Of a stretch of 64,000 nucleotides of DNA, positions 1 through 14,106 are shown piece after piece. Within the stretch, counting starts at the first letter, position 1, and each line of letters opens with the position of its first letter. The notes below the pieces were generated by a model. That model searched no databases. It was given only the letters and a program-made list of their open reading frames with translations, and was not told the origin of the DNA. Position numbers and translations under genes: made by a program. Source of the DNA: Geosiphon pyriformis uo1 (taxonomy: Eukaryota; Fungi; Glomeromycota); assembly GCA_016748015.1 (NCBI GenBank), contig JAAOMT010000054.1, positions 62,001-126,000 on the forward strand, read 5' to 3'.

Positions 1-1
1 C

Positions 2-1066
2 GGCTTGGAAAAATATACTTTGACCTGGGTTTTGCTCACTTTCTTGACAATGGCAATGCCACTATTAGTAGCTTTTATCGTAATTCGATCACAAAATCGA
101 AACACATATCGACATTCTCTTACATTGGCTCAAAAAACTTTTCTCGAAAGACAATTACAATATCGTATTCCAGCATCTTATATTCGATTTCTATGGTTCT
201 GTGCAGCATTATTTATCGCACTTTTTGCTTTAATAGCGGGTGAAGGGTATGCTTACGTTTTTCTCTCATCACTACCTCACAATGGCTGGGATGGTTTAAT
301 TTACGTGTATTCATGGGTTGCTACAATTTATATACTCGATTCCCTTACCGACTATATTATTGAAAGTCGAATCAGATCTTATCCCTTATCTTGCACCTTC
401 AAACTTTACTTTTTTATGATTTATTTTATTTTTTATCGAAATTTATTTGCTCGTTTACGATCTTGGGATCAATTTATTCTTGTTCAAGTGGGAAGCTCTC
501 TCTGGGTATGCATTTTTTACCCACTTTGCATGACACGAGTTGTATATATGGCACTAGTTTATTTTGCAGGCGTGACGAAAACCTATGATCAATACAAAAA
601 GCAACTGGGTCGATCCTTTTTCCTTCGAAATACCGCTGAAAATGCTACAATGTTGGGATTTCTTTGTTGGGTTATCATACTCCATTTTGGACCGAATAAG
701 AGGGCCTATCCTTACTTCCAATTTGATGACGGCACCCTCTATACTTTCAACCTCACATTCAAAGCCAGTTGTGGAGTTTGGGTTAGTGAACTTATAAGTA
801 CCTATATAACGCGACAGATATTCAGAAGGGTTTTTAAGCATAGTGTCAGTTTGGAGGCTGCGATAGATTTTGAGACTTACCCCGAGTTGTTGGTAACTAT
901 GGTTTTGGTGATAATACACATATTACAGGTAATTTTTGAAATTATTAATTAAAATTATTTCATGATATCTAATTTCTCGATACAACACTTTCAGGATATG
1001 TTGTTAGCCACTCTGAAATTGAATTTTGAAGGTGGCAAATCTGTAGTACCTGCTCCACACTTATAG
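2..1066 (+). CDS. 3' part of a host gene, multi-pass membrane protein of unknown function; exons <2-928 and 995-1066
   Basis: Frame is open from the window start with many hydrophobic helices. GT at 929, CTAAT branch-like motif at ~969 and CAG at 992-994 define an intron. Splicing gives ...HILQ/DMLLATLKLNFEGGKSVVPAPHL* (TAG 1064-1066). CpG is abundant, unlike the TE DNA. Confidence 0.85.
929..994 (+). other. 66-nt spliceosomal intron (phase 0)
   Basis: CAG|GTAATT donor, TTTCAG|G acceptor, in-frame stop inside the intron, and the frame is restored after splicing. Confidence 0.8.
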
Positions 1067-1494
1067 TTTCGCGTTTTTACTCTTTACAAACAATTTTGGA
1101 CATGGCTAGGTTATATTAGGAAATAGAAATATGGAAAATCTATGAACTATGAAGGGTAGGGACGTTTATCTTTTGCGCTTTTGGTTTAATTCGAATTTTA
1201 AACCTCGATACTTGAAGTTTGATATAGCCATTAATTATTAGTAATGGAAATTCGCAACCATTCACAGACTTTTTGTCCATTTTTAAAAAACACATCTCAA
1301 TTACATAGAGGTTTTTGTACAAAGTCATAGTAATCCTCTTTTGTTAAATACATTAAAACAATACTTTGTAAATTCATTCATTTACTGTTGTTATTTTCTT
1401 TTCATATGGTTAAAAGTAATTAAAGTAGTAAAAAAACTGAATTTCAATTTTTGTCAATATTGATAAAATTTTAGGCTAACAATATTTAATAGCA

Positions 1495-2314
1495 TTTTTA
1501 TATACAAAGAGTAAAATATTACTTTTTTTATAGTAATTAATAAAGTTTCAACATGAAAAGATTTCTTTGTTATTAAAGCAATTAGACAAAATATCTTAAC
1601 AATATTTTTTTTAAATATTAATAGTAAAAAACTGTCTTTGATAACTTTTGAAATATTTTTTTTACTTTTAACAAGTGGTTTTTTCCAGTTAAAATTTATT
1701 CTAAAAGACATATTTGAATTAGTTTTAATGTTGTTTTTACTTTTTTTAAAAGCCCAAAATTTTTTAATAATAGGCCAATTAACAAGTCATTACTCTTATT
1801 ATTATTTTACAAATAACCAAAAAACTCAAAAAATCCAAAAAACAGCAACAGTTACTTATAACTATTATTATTATATTAAACTTTTTTGTAATTTTAGATA
1901 AAATTTTTATAACAGCAATTAGAATATTTTTTAAAATAAACCAAAATTAATTGTTAATTATATTGTCAAATATAGTATTTTTTAACAGATTATTAGTGAT
2001 TTTAAAAACAAACCAAATTATTATTATATCTAATCTTAAAGATTAAATTAATTAAATAAAAATAAAATCAACTACTTTTTTTCTGGTTTTTGGTATTGCT
2101 ATTAGTAATATTTAAGAAATAATTACTAATTATTAAAAAATTTTTAAGTTAATAATCTTTACTTTAATGTTTAATATTATATTTAAAATTAAAATAGTTT
2201 TACTTGATTTTTGTTTTAGTTGCTATTTGGTTTTATTAAACTAAAATTTATTTTAAAAAACATTATAAAGTTATTTTGTGTTAAATTTTCATCTTAAAAC
2301 TGCTTAAATAATGT
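1495..2314 (+). mobile_element. Family D (ORF1-only non-LTR element), very degraded 5' portion, interrupted by Gypsy A1
   Basis: Co-linear with 49576-50480 (…atagtaattaataaagtttcaac…, …aaaactcaaaaaatccaaaaaacagcaa…). Left boundary approximate. Confidence 0.7.
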
Positions 2315-2978
2315 TGTTACAATTGAAAATCATAGTTTTTATTAGTTATTATCTGTATTAATCACTGATATTACATAATTAGCCACTTTATTTTTAGATA
2401 GTAATTATTAATTTGATTAATAACCTAATTATTAACTACTTTTAATAACTATATAAGCAATGAATTTTTTAATTATAAAAAAATATAATCAAAGTAATAA
2501 AATAAAACTCACTATTAATTACTTTTTCTCATATTACTTATTTTTTTTTTTAGCTTTAATTATCTGAATATTTTAAGATAAAAAATTACTTGTTGGTTTT
2601 TACATACTTTATTTTTTCTTTTTTTTGATTTGTATTATTAATAATTAACTTAAAAAGCAATTATTTGTTCTTGTAATTTATTAAATAAAGAAATAATTGA
2701 AAAGCACAACAATATTTGTTATTGATTTTAAGAATTATCAAGTTAAAGCATAAAATAATAGTAATAGTGTTATTTTGTTAACAATTACAGATTATTTTTT
2801 TATCTTTAGATTTTTAAAAAAGATTTACAACTGTGATTTTTATAAAACTAATCATATATATTGAATTTTTATTTATTTAATTTACACTCTTATTGTAATT
2901 TTTTCTTTAATTAATTTTAATACCCTACAATCCTGTTTTTTTTTGCTATTTATTAGTTTGTTATTCTAACTTATAACA
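2315..2978 (+). repeat. 5' LTR of A1
   Basis: Homologous to 7051-7800 and closest to solo LTR 18997-19627; followed by a degenerate PBS. Confidence 0.8.
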
Positions 2979-5900
2979 TAAAAGTAATAGTCTTTATAAG
3001 GTTATTAAAATCCACTTTGTTTTTTATTATATAAGTAATTATTCATACCTGTTATAACAATTAAAAAAACATTTTATAATACACAACAGAAACAACTTAA
3101 ATTTTATTAAATTTAATCTTTTGTTCTTCTGCTTAATCTGCTTTTCTATTAAAAAACAATACAGTAAACAATTTCAAAATTTTTGGAACTGGTTCTTAAA
3201 TAAGTATTTAGCTAAAACTTATATAGTTTACACAATTTATTTTTTAATCAAGCTTACTTTAAAGAAATCTTTAAAGAAAAAAAAACTACATTAATCAACT
3301 TTTATATTCAATAATTTTTGACCAACAGTTTTTTGATTTTGAATATTTAAATTATTAAATTCACATCTAGATTACTGTTTATTAGTTAACTGAAACTTTT
3401 TTTTGAAACAAAAGAAAAAAGCTATCAAACTGTTTCTGTTTTTAATCTCTTTTCAAGTAAATTAGACCATTTTACACAAACAGCTATTCTTAAACTAATA
3501 GTTGTTAATCCCATATAAACAAGCATTTTGGGTGTTTTCTAAAATATACAGACTGCTTTAAAACAAAAAAACAACATTCTATTATTATTATTTAAAAATA
3601 ATACTTAAGATCTAATCAAATTATTAAATAACTTTGAAAAAACAGCCACAGCCAACCAATATAATGCTAACTACAAGTTTCAAATTGTTAATAACTATTT
3701 ATAAAGCTCTTTTATTACTTAGTTTTTACAAGAAACTAATACTAATGCTTACTAAAAAATTATTAAATAAACACTAATAAATGTTAAAAAAAAACATTTT
3801 TTTTACTACTTAGTTTGAAAATAAATTCAAAACCTTAATCTTAATATTTAAATAATACATAAAATTAGAAAAAAAATCCAAAACCCAAGAAAAATAATAA
3901 TTAAATATGCTAAAACAATAAAAAAGTTAATTAAATAGATAGATTCTAGAAAAAATTGAACAAAAAAGCAAAAGATTTATTTCTTTACAAAAAGATTAAG
4001 AACTAACTTATCTTATATTTTTTGACTTCTCTTAGTTCTAAAAAATAATCTCACAATAAATATGGTTATTAAGCTTGTACAAAAAATAGAAACAAATAAA
4101 GAATGCATTTGAAATTAACATTTCCAGTTTTTGTTCTTGCTCCTATTCTGGTTTTTGCTCTCCAAATAACTGCTATCTTTTTTACTATCTTAATCCAAAA
4201 TTCAATAAACAATTAATAAATAGACTTAGAACTAATCTTGCTTAATTATTAGAGTCTTTGGCACAAGCAATTAGAGATAATCAATAATAACAAAGACCTA
4301 GATTTGAATTATGCTTTAATTAGTTTTAGCAACTATCTTACTAAAAACAGCAAAATTATGGTCTATTTGTATGCTATTATTGTGAACTAACTGAACATTT
4401 TTCAAAAGACTGCAACAATTTTTCATTGTTTTTTCTAGCTTCTAGAAACAATAACAACCAAAATAACAGATTTATTAACAATAATGCTTTTAATTAAAGA
4501 CCTAATTATGTTAACATCAATTTTTTTGAAAAAGATTTCATAGTTAAAACCATTGTTTATTAGTTTTTAGCTGGTAGATGTATTTCTAAAAAGTGAAAGT
4601 GCAAGCCAATCAGAAGAAAACTCCTTTTATACTTTTAATTTAACTGACAATAATCATAAATGAATTAGCTATTAACTTCTTTAAATTTACAGAAAAAAAA
4701 AAACCAAGATTAATTTCATTTAGACCCCAATAAAGCCTTAATTTTTACTGTTAATAATAATAAACCACCAAAAACCAAAGTTTTTAAAAATTTTCCAAAG
4801 TTAAAATCCTCAGAAATTGTACAAAAATTTAAACTCTATTCTGTTGTCAAAGATTTTATAGAAACTTTAGCTCATATTACATTTGGCCAGTTAATAATCT
4901 ATTCATAATTTAAAAATTTTTTTTGCAAATTATTAATTTTAAAAATAAAGACACCAAAAACCAACAAGCACTTTTATTAAGCTAAACTTACCAACAATAA
5001 TAATGTTATTTCTTTAATCTGCAAAGCTCAAATAGTTGGTTATTTTATTGATTTGATTTTGAACAGTAAATTATCTGTTTGTGTTATTGTCAAACACTTT
5101 TTTAAAGCAATTGACAAAAAGATTGATGAATTTTTTACTTAATTAATAACTAATATACATGATGACAAGAAAAAAAATCTGAGTATAACCAAAACTGTTC
5201 TTATTTACATCAATAGCATCAGTATTAAAACTAACATAAAAGTATTTGAAACCAAAGATTATATCATAATTATTGGTAATAAATGATTTAAAAAAACCAA
5301 AGTCTTATTTAACTATAAACTGTGTAAATTAATCATTAAATATAATAAAAAGCCCATTGTAGTTAAGTGTTATCATTAAACAACTTTTTTAGTATCTAAG
5401 TAGAATCAAGAAAAAAAACAATCAAATAAATCAGATGATAAAAAAAGTGATAAAAATAAAAAACAAAAAAAAACTGCTAAACTTACCTATATTACTTTTA
5501 CCAGCAATAACAAGTCATTAAACAATATCAAAGCTAACAAAGAAAGAATTATTGTAAATAATAAGCTGATTTGTTGGCTTTACTATGATATTTTTAAAAA
5601 AATCTTTGATAAAAAGCTTAGCAAAAAAGCCAAATACAGTTATTGGTAGTATAATTTTTGTGTCCAAACTAATACAATAAATTATTGTATTTTTTTAATA
5701 ATGAATACATGTTTTGCTTGATTTATTACAAAAATTGAAAACCAATTAACTTAATATCTTAAGAAAAAATAAAAGTAGTACAGAAGTTTTTTGAAAGTGA
5801 ATTACCAGAAATATAGTCATTAATAGTAAAACAAAAAAAACTCTCTTTAAAAAAAAAATTTGATATTAAAAATCTGCTGGTTAGAAATAGTCCAGTTATT

Positions 5901-7142
5901 TTAAAAGAAGATAATACTTCTAGATGTACTCATATAATACAACACATCATTATTACTAGAAAAACTTGTTTTATTTATCTAAAGTCTTATTAATACAATT
6001 GTTATAATAATGAGTTTATCAAAAAAAATAAACCAAATGGATTTATACAAGAAACTAAGAATAAATAAGCATTTTCATTTGTAATAGTATCTGAAAAAGA
6101 TAGAACTCTATGCTTTTGTGTTAATTATTGCCAATTAAATGCCATTACTAAAAAAACATATATCTACTTCCTAAAATTGATGCAATACTAAATCAATTTA
6201 ATAATATTGCTTTTTTCTTAACTATTAATTTAACTGCTGAATTTTGGCAAGTAAAAATGGATCCAAAAAGCAAAAAAAAACTGTTTTTATTGCCAAGTAT
6301 AACATCTATAAATTTACAGTTATGTCTTTTGGTCTTATTAATGCTCCTTCTACTTTTTAATACCTAATAGACAAAGTATTTGAATCATTAAAAAAAACTT
6401 TGTTTTAGTTTATTTGAACAACATAATAATATACTTAAAATTTGGAATAAACATCTTAAACATTTACAAAAGATTTTCAATTTTTTTAGAAATGCTGATC
6501 TTAAAATCAATCTAATTAAATCTTTTTTTAAATATCAATTTACCTAGTTTTTTGAATATCTTATTACAAAGAATAGAATCTTTTTTGATCCAGCCAAAAT
6601 TGAAAAAGTCCAAAATATTAGACAATCAATAAATATATATAAACTATGCTTTTTTTAGTTTAGCATTTTATTATTGAAAATTTGTCAAAAATTTTTCTAA
6701 AATCACTTTTTTTCTTAATTAGTTACTTAAAAAAACTGTTAATTATTATTAAGATACACATTAACAAAAAGCTTTTAAAACTTTGAAGGAAAAACTAATC
6801 ATTAAGCCAATTCTCAAGCAACTTAATTTAAATCAATTTTTTATCTTTTACATTAATATATTTGTCTTTGGATTTAAGATTGTCTTATTTTAAAAAAATA
6901 AAAATAATAAAAAACATATCATAACTTATACTAACAGATTTCTTTTTTTAGTAAAACAGAATTACTTAGTAATTGAACAAAAATACTTAACAGTAGTATA
7001 GTCTACTAGCTATTAGAATAAGTATCTTTTTAATGTAAAATTCTTAGTAATGTTATGATTGAAATCCATACTTTTTATTAGTTATTATATGTATTAGCCA
7101 CTGATGTCATATAATAGCCACCCTATTTTTAGATAGTGATTA

Positions 7143-7268
7143 TTAACTTGATCAATGATCTGACCATTAACCTAATTATTAACCTAATTATTGACTTAAT
7201 TATTAATCTGATCATTGACTTGATCATTAATCTGATTATTGACTTAGTCATTGATCTGATCATTGACC
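7143..7268 (+). repeat. Tandem 12-bp repeat (TTGACY TGATCA-like) in family A LTR U3
   Basis: About 10 units here; also at ~14175-14290, ~51620-51650, ~58595-58640 and ~63105-63187 with variable copy number. Confidence 0.85.
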
Positions 7269-7806
7269 ACTTTTGATAGCTATATAAGCAATGAATCTCT
7301 TAGCTATAGAAAAGCTTGTCAGAAATCAAAAAAATAAAATAAATAAAATAACAACTTTCATCTCAATTTTTCTCTTATTGCTAATTTCTCTTTTCTTATT
7401 TTCAAGTATCTGAACATCTTGGAATAAAAGATTACTTGTTGGTTATTTTCTACCTTTTTTCTAAAATGTGTAATTGTAGCATTTGAAAATTATTAAATAA
7501 AACATAATTGAAGAGTACATCTGATACCTAATATTAAATTCTAAGAGTGCTAATATGAGACATAGAATTATACCAATGTGTGATTATTTGTTAATAGTAC
7601 AGACTATTCCTTTATCTTTAGATTCCCAATTATCTTTTGAAAAATATAACAACTGAGATATTTTATAAGATTAAACTTGTATAATAAATTCATACTCATT
7701 CAATTTACTCTTTGAAGTTGAATTTTCTTTGATTCTTTTCATCATCCTACAATCTTGTTCTTCCTTGCTATCTATTAGCTTGTTACTCCAACCCATAACA
7801 TAAAAG

Positions 7807-7822
7807 TGGTGCTTTCTGTGAG
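7807..7822 (+). promoter_or_regulatory. Primer-binding site, family A (TGGTGCTTTCTGTGAG)
   Basis: 6 nt after the LTR; complement CTCACAGAAAGCACCA resembles the 3' end of elongator tRNA-Met or tRNA-Ile(UAU). Same site at 52181-52197. Confidence 0.7.
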
Positions 7823-7852
7823 ATTGTCAAAATCTATTTTGTTTCTTATTGT

Positions 7853-10800
7853 ATAAATAATTATTCATACCTGCCACAATAATCAGAAAAATACTTTGAA
7901 GCACACAACAAAAATAATCTAAACTTTATTGAACTCAATCTTTTGTCCTCTTGTTTGATTTGCTTTTCCATTAAAAAACAATCCAGTAGACAATTCTAAG
8001 ACTTTTGGAACTGGTTTTTGAATGAGCATTCAGCTAAAATCTATACAGTCTATACAACTTATTACATTGACCAAGCTTATTTTGAAGACAACTTTGAAGA
8101 AAAAAACAATATCAATCAACTTTTATATTCCACAACCTTTAAACAACAGCCTTTTGATTCTAAATATCTAAATCACCAAGTTTACATTTGAATTGCTGTC
8201 CATTAGCTAGTTGAAACACCCTTTGAAACAGAAAAAAAAGCTATCAAACTGCTCCTGTTTTTGATTTTTTCTCAAGTAAATCAGAACATTTCACACAAAC
8301 AATTACTTCTGAACTAATGGTTAATAACCCTATACAACAAAACATTCTGATTGCTCTCCAAGGCATACAAACTGCTTTAGAGTAAAAAAACAATATCCCA
8401 TTACCATTATTCAGAAGTAATACACAAGATCCAATTGAATAATTGAATAACTTTGAAAAAACTGCCACAGCCAACCAATATGATAATAAATACAAATTTT
8501 AAATCATTGATGGCTATTTTTAAGGCTCTTCTGCTACTTGGTTCTTACAAAAAACCAATGCCAATGCTCAGCAAAAAATCATTAGATAGGCACCAACAAA
8601 TATTAGAAAAGACAATATCTTTTTTACTACCCAGTTTGAAATAAAATTTAGAACTCCTATTTTGATATCCAAATGACACATGGAATTAGAAAAAAGAACC
8701 CAAAGTTCTGGTAAAGTTGTAACTAAATATGCCAAAGCAATTAGAAAGTTAATCAAGCAGATAGACTCTGAAAAAAACTGAACAGAAGAGCAGAAAACTT
8801 ATTCTTTCACAAAAAGATTGAGAACTGATTTTTCATATGCTTTTTGGCCCTTTCTGGTCTTGAAAAACAATCTCACAATGGATATGGCCATTGAACTAGT
8901 CCAACAAATTGAAAACAATCAAAGAATACACTTGAAATTCACACTTCCAGTTTTTGCTCTTGCTCCTCAAATGGCTGTCACTTTTTTTATTGTCCAAATT
9001 CCAGATTCCAATAAACAATTAATAAATAGACTTACAGCCAATCTTGTCCAGCTATTAAAACTCTTAGCCCAAGCAGTTAGAAAAAATTAACAAACCTAAA
9101 GACCTAGATATGAATCCTATTTTAATCAGTCCCAGCAATCTTCTTATCAAAGACAACAAAATTGTGGCCCATCTGTGTGTTATTGCTGTGAATTAACTGG
9201 ACATTTTTCCAGAGATTACAACAATCTTCTTCTGCCTCCTTCAGCTCTTAGAAATAATGATAACCAAAACAACAGAACCAACAACAACAATGCTCCTAAT
9301 CAAAGACCCAATCATGCCAATATCAATTTCTTTGAAGAGGATCTCTTAGTTAAAGCCACTGTTTATCAGCCTTTAAACTAGTAGGTATACCTCCAAAGGG
9401 TGAAAGTACAAGTCAATCAAAAAAAAACCTCTTTTATACTTTTAATTTAACTGATAATAATCATAACATGGATAAACTAGCAATCAACACTTTTAAATCA
9501 ACAAAAAAAAAAGAAAGCCAAGATTGATTTCGTTTTAGACCCAAAAAAAGCATTCATATCAACTGTTAATAATAATAAGCCACCAAAAGCAAAAATTTTT
9601 AAGAATTTTTCAAAGTTAGAACTCTCAAAAATAATACAAAAATCTGGTCCCTATTTTGTTGTCAAAGATCTTATAGAAACTTTAGCTTACATTACATTTG
9701 GTCAGTTAATAACCCATCCATAATTCAAAAAAAACCTTTACAAATCCTTAATCCCAAAGAAAAAAACACCAAAAACCAACAAATGTTCTCACCAAGTTAG
9801 ACTTATTGACAACAGCAATGTTATTTCTTTGATTTACAAAGCCCAAGTGGCTGGCTATTTTATTGATTTAATCTTAGATAGTGGATTATCTATCAGTGTA
9901 ATTGCCAAACACTTTCTGAAAGCTATTAGAAAAAAAATTGATGAATTTTCCACTCAGTCTATAATCAATATATATAGTAACAAAAAGAAAAACCTGGGCA
10001 TAGCCAAAGCTGTTTCTGTTCACATTAATAACATCAGCATTGAAACTGACATGGAAGTATTTGAAGCAAAAAAATATATCATCATTGTTAATAATAAGTG
10101 GCTTAAAAAAGCCAAAGCACTACTTGACTATAAACTTTGTGAACTAATTATCAGATGTAATAAAAAGTCTATTATGATTAAGTGTTATTATTGGACAACT
10201 CTCCTAGTACCCAAGCAAAAACAAGAAGAAAAACAATTAGATGAATCAGATAATGATGAGAATGATGAAGAAAAAGATCAAAAAAAGCAAGAAGAAACTG
10301 CTGAACTCGTTTATACCATCTTCACTAACAATGGCAAGCCACTAGATAATATTAAAGCTAACAAAAAAAGAATCATGGTAAATGGCAAGCTGATTTGCTG
10401 GCCTTATTATGATATTCTCAGAAGAATTTTTGATAGAAAACCTAGCAAGAAAACCAAATACAGCTATTAGTGGCATGATTTTTGTATTAGATGCTAGTGC
10501 AATAAATCTTTGTATTCTTCTAGTAATAAATGCAAGTTCTGTCTAATTTATTACAAAGATTAGGAGCCAATTAGCCTAATACCAAGAGAAGAATTAAGAA
10601 AAGTACAAAAGTCCTTTGAGAATGAATTACCTGAAATTCAATCACTTGTAGTAGAACAAAGAGAACTCTTCTCAAAAGAAAGAAAAATAGACATTGAAAA
10701 TCTGTTGGCTAGAAATAGCCCAGTTATTTCAAAAGAAAATAATATTTTTGGATGAACTTATGTAATACAATATACTATTACCATCAGAGAAACTTGCTTT

Positions 10801-13420
10801 ATCCATTTAAAATCTTATTAATCCAATTAGCACAATGATGAATTCATCAAGAAAGAGATAACTCAAATAAAAAATCTTGGATTTATACAAAAAACCAAGA
10901 ATGAATAGGCTTTTCCAATTATAATAGTATTCAAGAAAGATAGAACTCTACACTTCTGTGTTGACTACTGTTAATTAAATATTATTACTATAAGAAACAT
11001 ATATCTATTTTCCAAAATTGATGCAATACTAGACAAATTCAATAGTGCTGCTTTCTTCTTAACCATTGACTTAACTGCTAAATTCTGGCAAATAGAGATG
11101 AATTTAGAAAGTAGAAAGAAAACTGCTTTTATTACCAAGTATGGCATCTACAAATTCACAGTCATGTCTTTTGGTCTTACTAATGCTCCTTCTACTTTTC
11201 AATATCTAATAGACAAAGTGTTTGAATCAATAAAAAAAAACTTTGTTTTGATCTATTTAGACGACATAATAGTATATTCAAAAACCTGGGATGAATACCT
11301 TGAACACCTGCAAAAAGTTTTTGATCTTCTTAGAAATACTGGTCTTAAGATAAATTCAATCAAATTTTTCTTTGAACAACAATCCACCCAGTTTCTTGGT
11401 TATTTTATTACAAAAGATGAAATCTTTCCTGATTCAGCTAAAGTTAAAAAAGTTCAGAACATTAGACAACCAATGAATGTTTCTGAACTATGCTCTTTTC
11501 TTGGTTTGGCTTCTTACTATCACAAATTTATCAAAAATTTCTCCAAAATCGCTTTTTTTTTCAATTAGCTACTCAGAAAAAATGTTAATTATCATTGGAA
11601 CACTTATTAACAAAAAGCTTTTGAAACTTTGAAGGAAAAACTTGTTACTGAACCAATTTTTAAACAATCTGATTTGGACCAATCTTTTATCCTATACACT
11701 AATACATCTGATTATGAACTTGGTACTGTTCTCTCACAGAAAAATGAAGATGGCAAGGAACATGCTATAGCATATTTCAATAGAACCCTTACACCAGTAA
11801 AAAAAAACTATTCAGTTACTGAACAAGAATGCTTAGTAATAGTTTAAGCTATTAGTTACTAGGACCAATATCTTTTTGGTGTGAAATTCCTAATAATAAC
11901 AGATCATCAAGCCTTAGTTTGGCTGCACAATAAAAAGAAATTAGAACACAAATAAATAACTCACTAGATACTCCATCTGAATGAATTCGACTATAATATT
12001 CAAAATTACAAAGGAGCAAATTATCAAAACACCAATGCTCTCTTTAGACTTATCATCTAGTGATAATACAATCTTTCAACCAAACCAACTTAATTATTAG
12101 TAATACTCTTATAAACAAACATGATAATAGACTTGGACAACTACTCTGCCTTAATAGAATTTTTGAGTAAAGAACAATACCCACCAGAATACACTTGACA
12201 GCAAAAAGAATATTTGCATAAATAATCAAATTTCTATTTAATTTATCAAAACCAACTTTATAAAAGAAATAGAAAAGATTCTGACCATTCCCAAAAAGTC
12301 ATTAAATTTGAAGAAAGAGAAATTGTGATCTACAACATATACACTAATCCATTAGCTGGACACTTTGAAAAAACAAAAACAATTCAGAAAACTTTAGCTC
12401 GTTATTATTGGCCTATCTTAGAAAAAAATATTGCTGAGTACATCAAAACCTGTAACACCTGCCAAAAAAAAAACAAATCCAATTGAAAAAAAGATATCTA
12501 TTTAATCTCTGTTGGCCAACTATTTGATAGAATTGGTATAGATATTGTTGAATTCTTAACAATAATTCTTAATAACAATAGATATATTATTACAGTTACT
12601 AATTATCTTACAAAGTAGATAGAAGCAAGAGCCACTCAGATTAAACAGCAGTTTCAATAACCAATTTCATATATGAAAATATTATCTGCCATTATGGCTG
12701 TCCCAAAAAACTTTTATCTGATAGAGGAAGAGCTTTTTTCAGTACACTAGTTAAAGAACTTTGTAGAAAAATAGGAATATATTATAAACTTTCCTCTCTT
12801 TACCATTCTTAAACAAATGGCTTAGTAAAATGTTTTAATAAAACACTATGTGAAATCTTAGCCAAAACCAGTGAAAAAACAAACTTATGGAACAAAATAC
12901 TGCCTTCAGTTTTGTTTGCTTATAGAACTGTAAATTATGACATAACAAGTTATGAACCTTTTTATCTGCTCTATGAATACATAACAACACTACTAATAGA
13001 AACTAACATTAAAACAATATCTTTTGAAGAAATCACAATAGAAAATTATAAAAACATTTTGCAAAAAAAACTTGGTACTATTCTTGACTTCTTGGTAGAA
13101 GCATGAATAATTGTCTTTGAAAAGATAAAACAGTTTCAAGAAAAACTTATGAAAAAAAAAACTTATAAAACACTTTCCTTAAGTATTGATGACTTAATAT
13201 TGAAATATCATTCAAACAAAGACAATGTTTATGGTGATAAATTCTTTAGCCAATAGAAAAGATCTTTTTTAGTCAACAAAGTTTTGAACAATGGTTTTTA
13301 TATTTTTCAAGATTAATTCAAAACAATCTTTAATAATTGTCTTATTTATGGTATATGACTCAAAAAATATCATAAATAACTTGATTGGTTGCCTATTGTA
13401 ATAATACCAACTCAAATAAT
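7853..13420 (+). pseudogene. A2 gag-pol (gag, CCHC, PR, RT, RH, IN), many stops and frameshifts
   Basis: ORF fragments 8818-9090, 9175-9381, 9829-10470, 11098-11568, 11629-11847 and 12912-13106 carry the diagnostic motifs. Confidence 0.9.
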
Positions 13421-13480
13421 CAACAAAAATTAAGTATAAATAAATACACTATTCTCAAAACAAAGATATCTTCAATTAAC

Positions 13481-14106
13481 ATGAATAATTATTTTCTAAA
13501 TCAAAACATTCAAAATGCCTTTTATACTCTTCATAAGTATTGGATCAAAAACTATCTAAATACTACTCTGACTATTGGAAAACAGACCACTATAACTGAT
13601 AATAGTAGAACACATACTGTTATTAGACCAAAGAAAACTACTACTAAAAGAAAAAAAATTGATAGCAAAATGGATAAATATCTGTTAAAAAATATAACAG
13701 CAGCTATACTTCTACTTTCCAGTACAATTAGAAAAACACTCCAAGAAATCTTGCTCATAGACAAAAACTTGTCATATAGAAGACAATTAAAACTCTATGG
13801 TTGTCTTGGTAAAATTATAGAGAACATGAAACTAATAAAGAAAACAACTTTAGAGATACAAGCAGAAATTTTGGGCATTATACAATTAGATGTCTCATGA
13901 GTTTTAACTATTGTTAAAAAAACCAAAACTCTAATACAAAGATTTGGTCTCTTGGATACAAAATTCATTTTGCCTCAAATATTATACACTTTATTCACCA
14001 AAGATTTTAATAAACTAGTTAGTTTTAAATTAGACAAAATTTTTCAAATAGATTATTCCATAAATAGCTTGATTTTGCTAGAGCTTAATCTCTTTGGAGA
14101 AGATAA
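13481..14106 (+). pseudogene. A2 extra ORF after integrase (unknown function)
   Basis: MNNYFLNQNIQNAFY…ELNLFGEDN, in one frame with a stop at 13898; homologue at 57878-58503. Confidence 0.7.

Noticed and set aside
5-952. 315-aa single-exon gene starting at position 5
   Set aside because: The start is a TTG in a frame already open at the window edge, and the last 7 codons are intronic.
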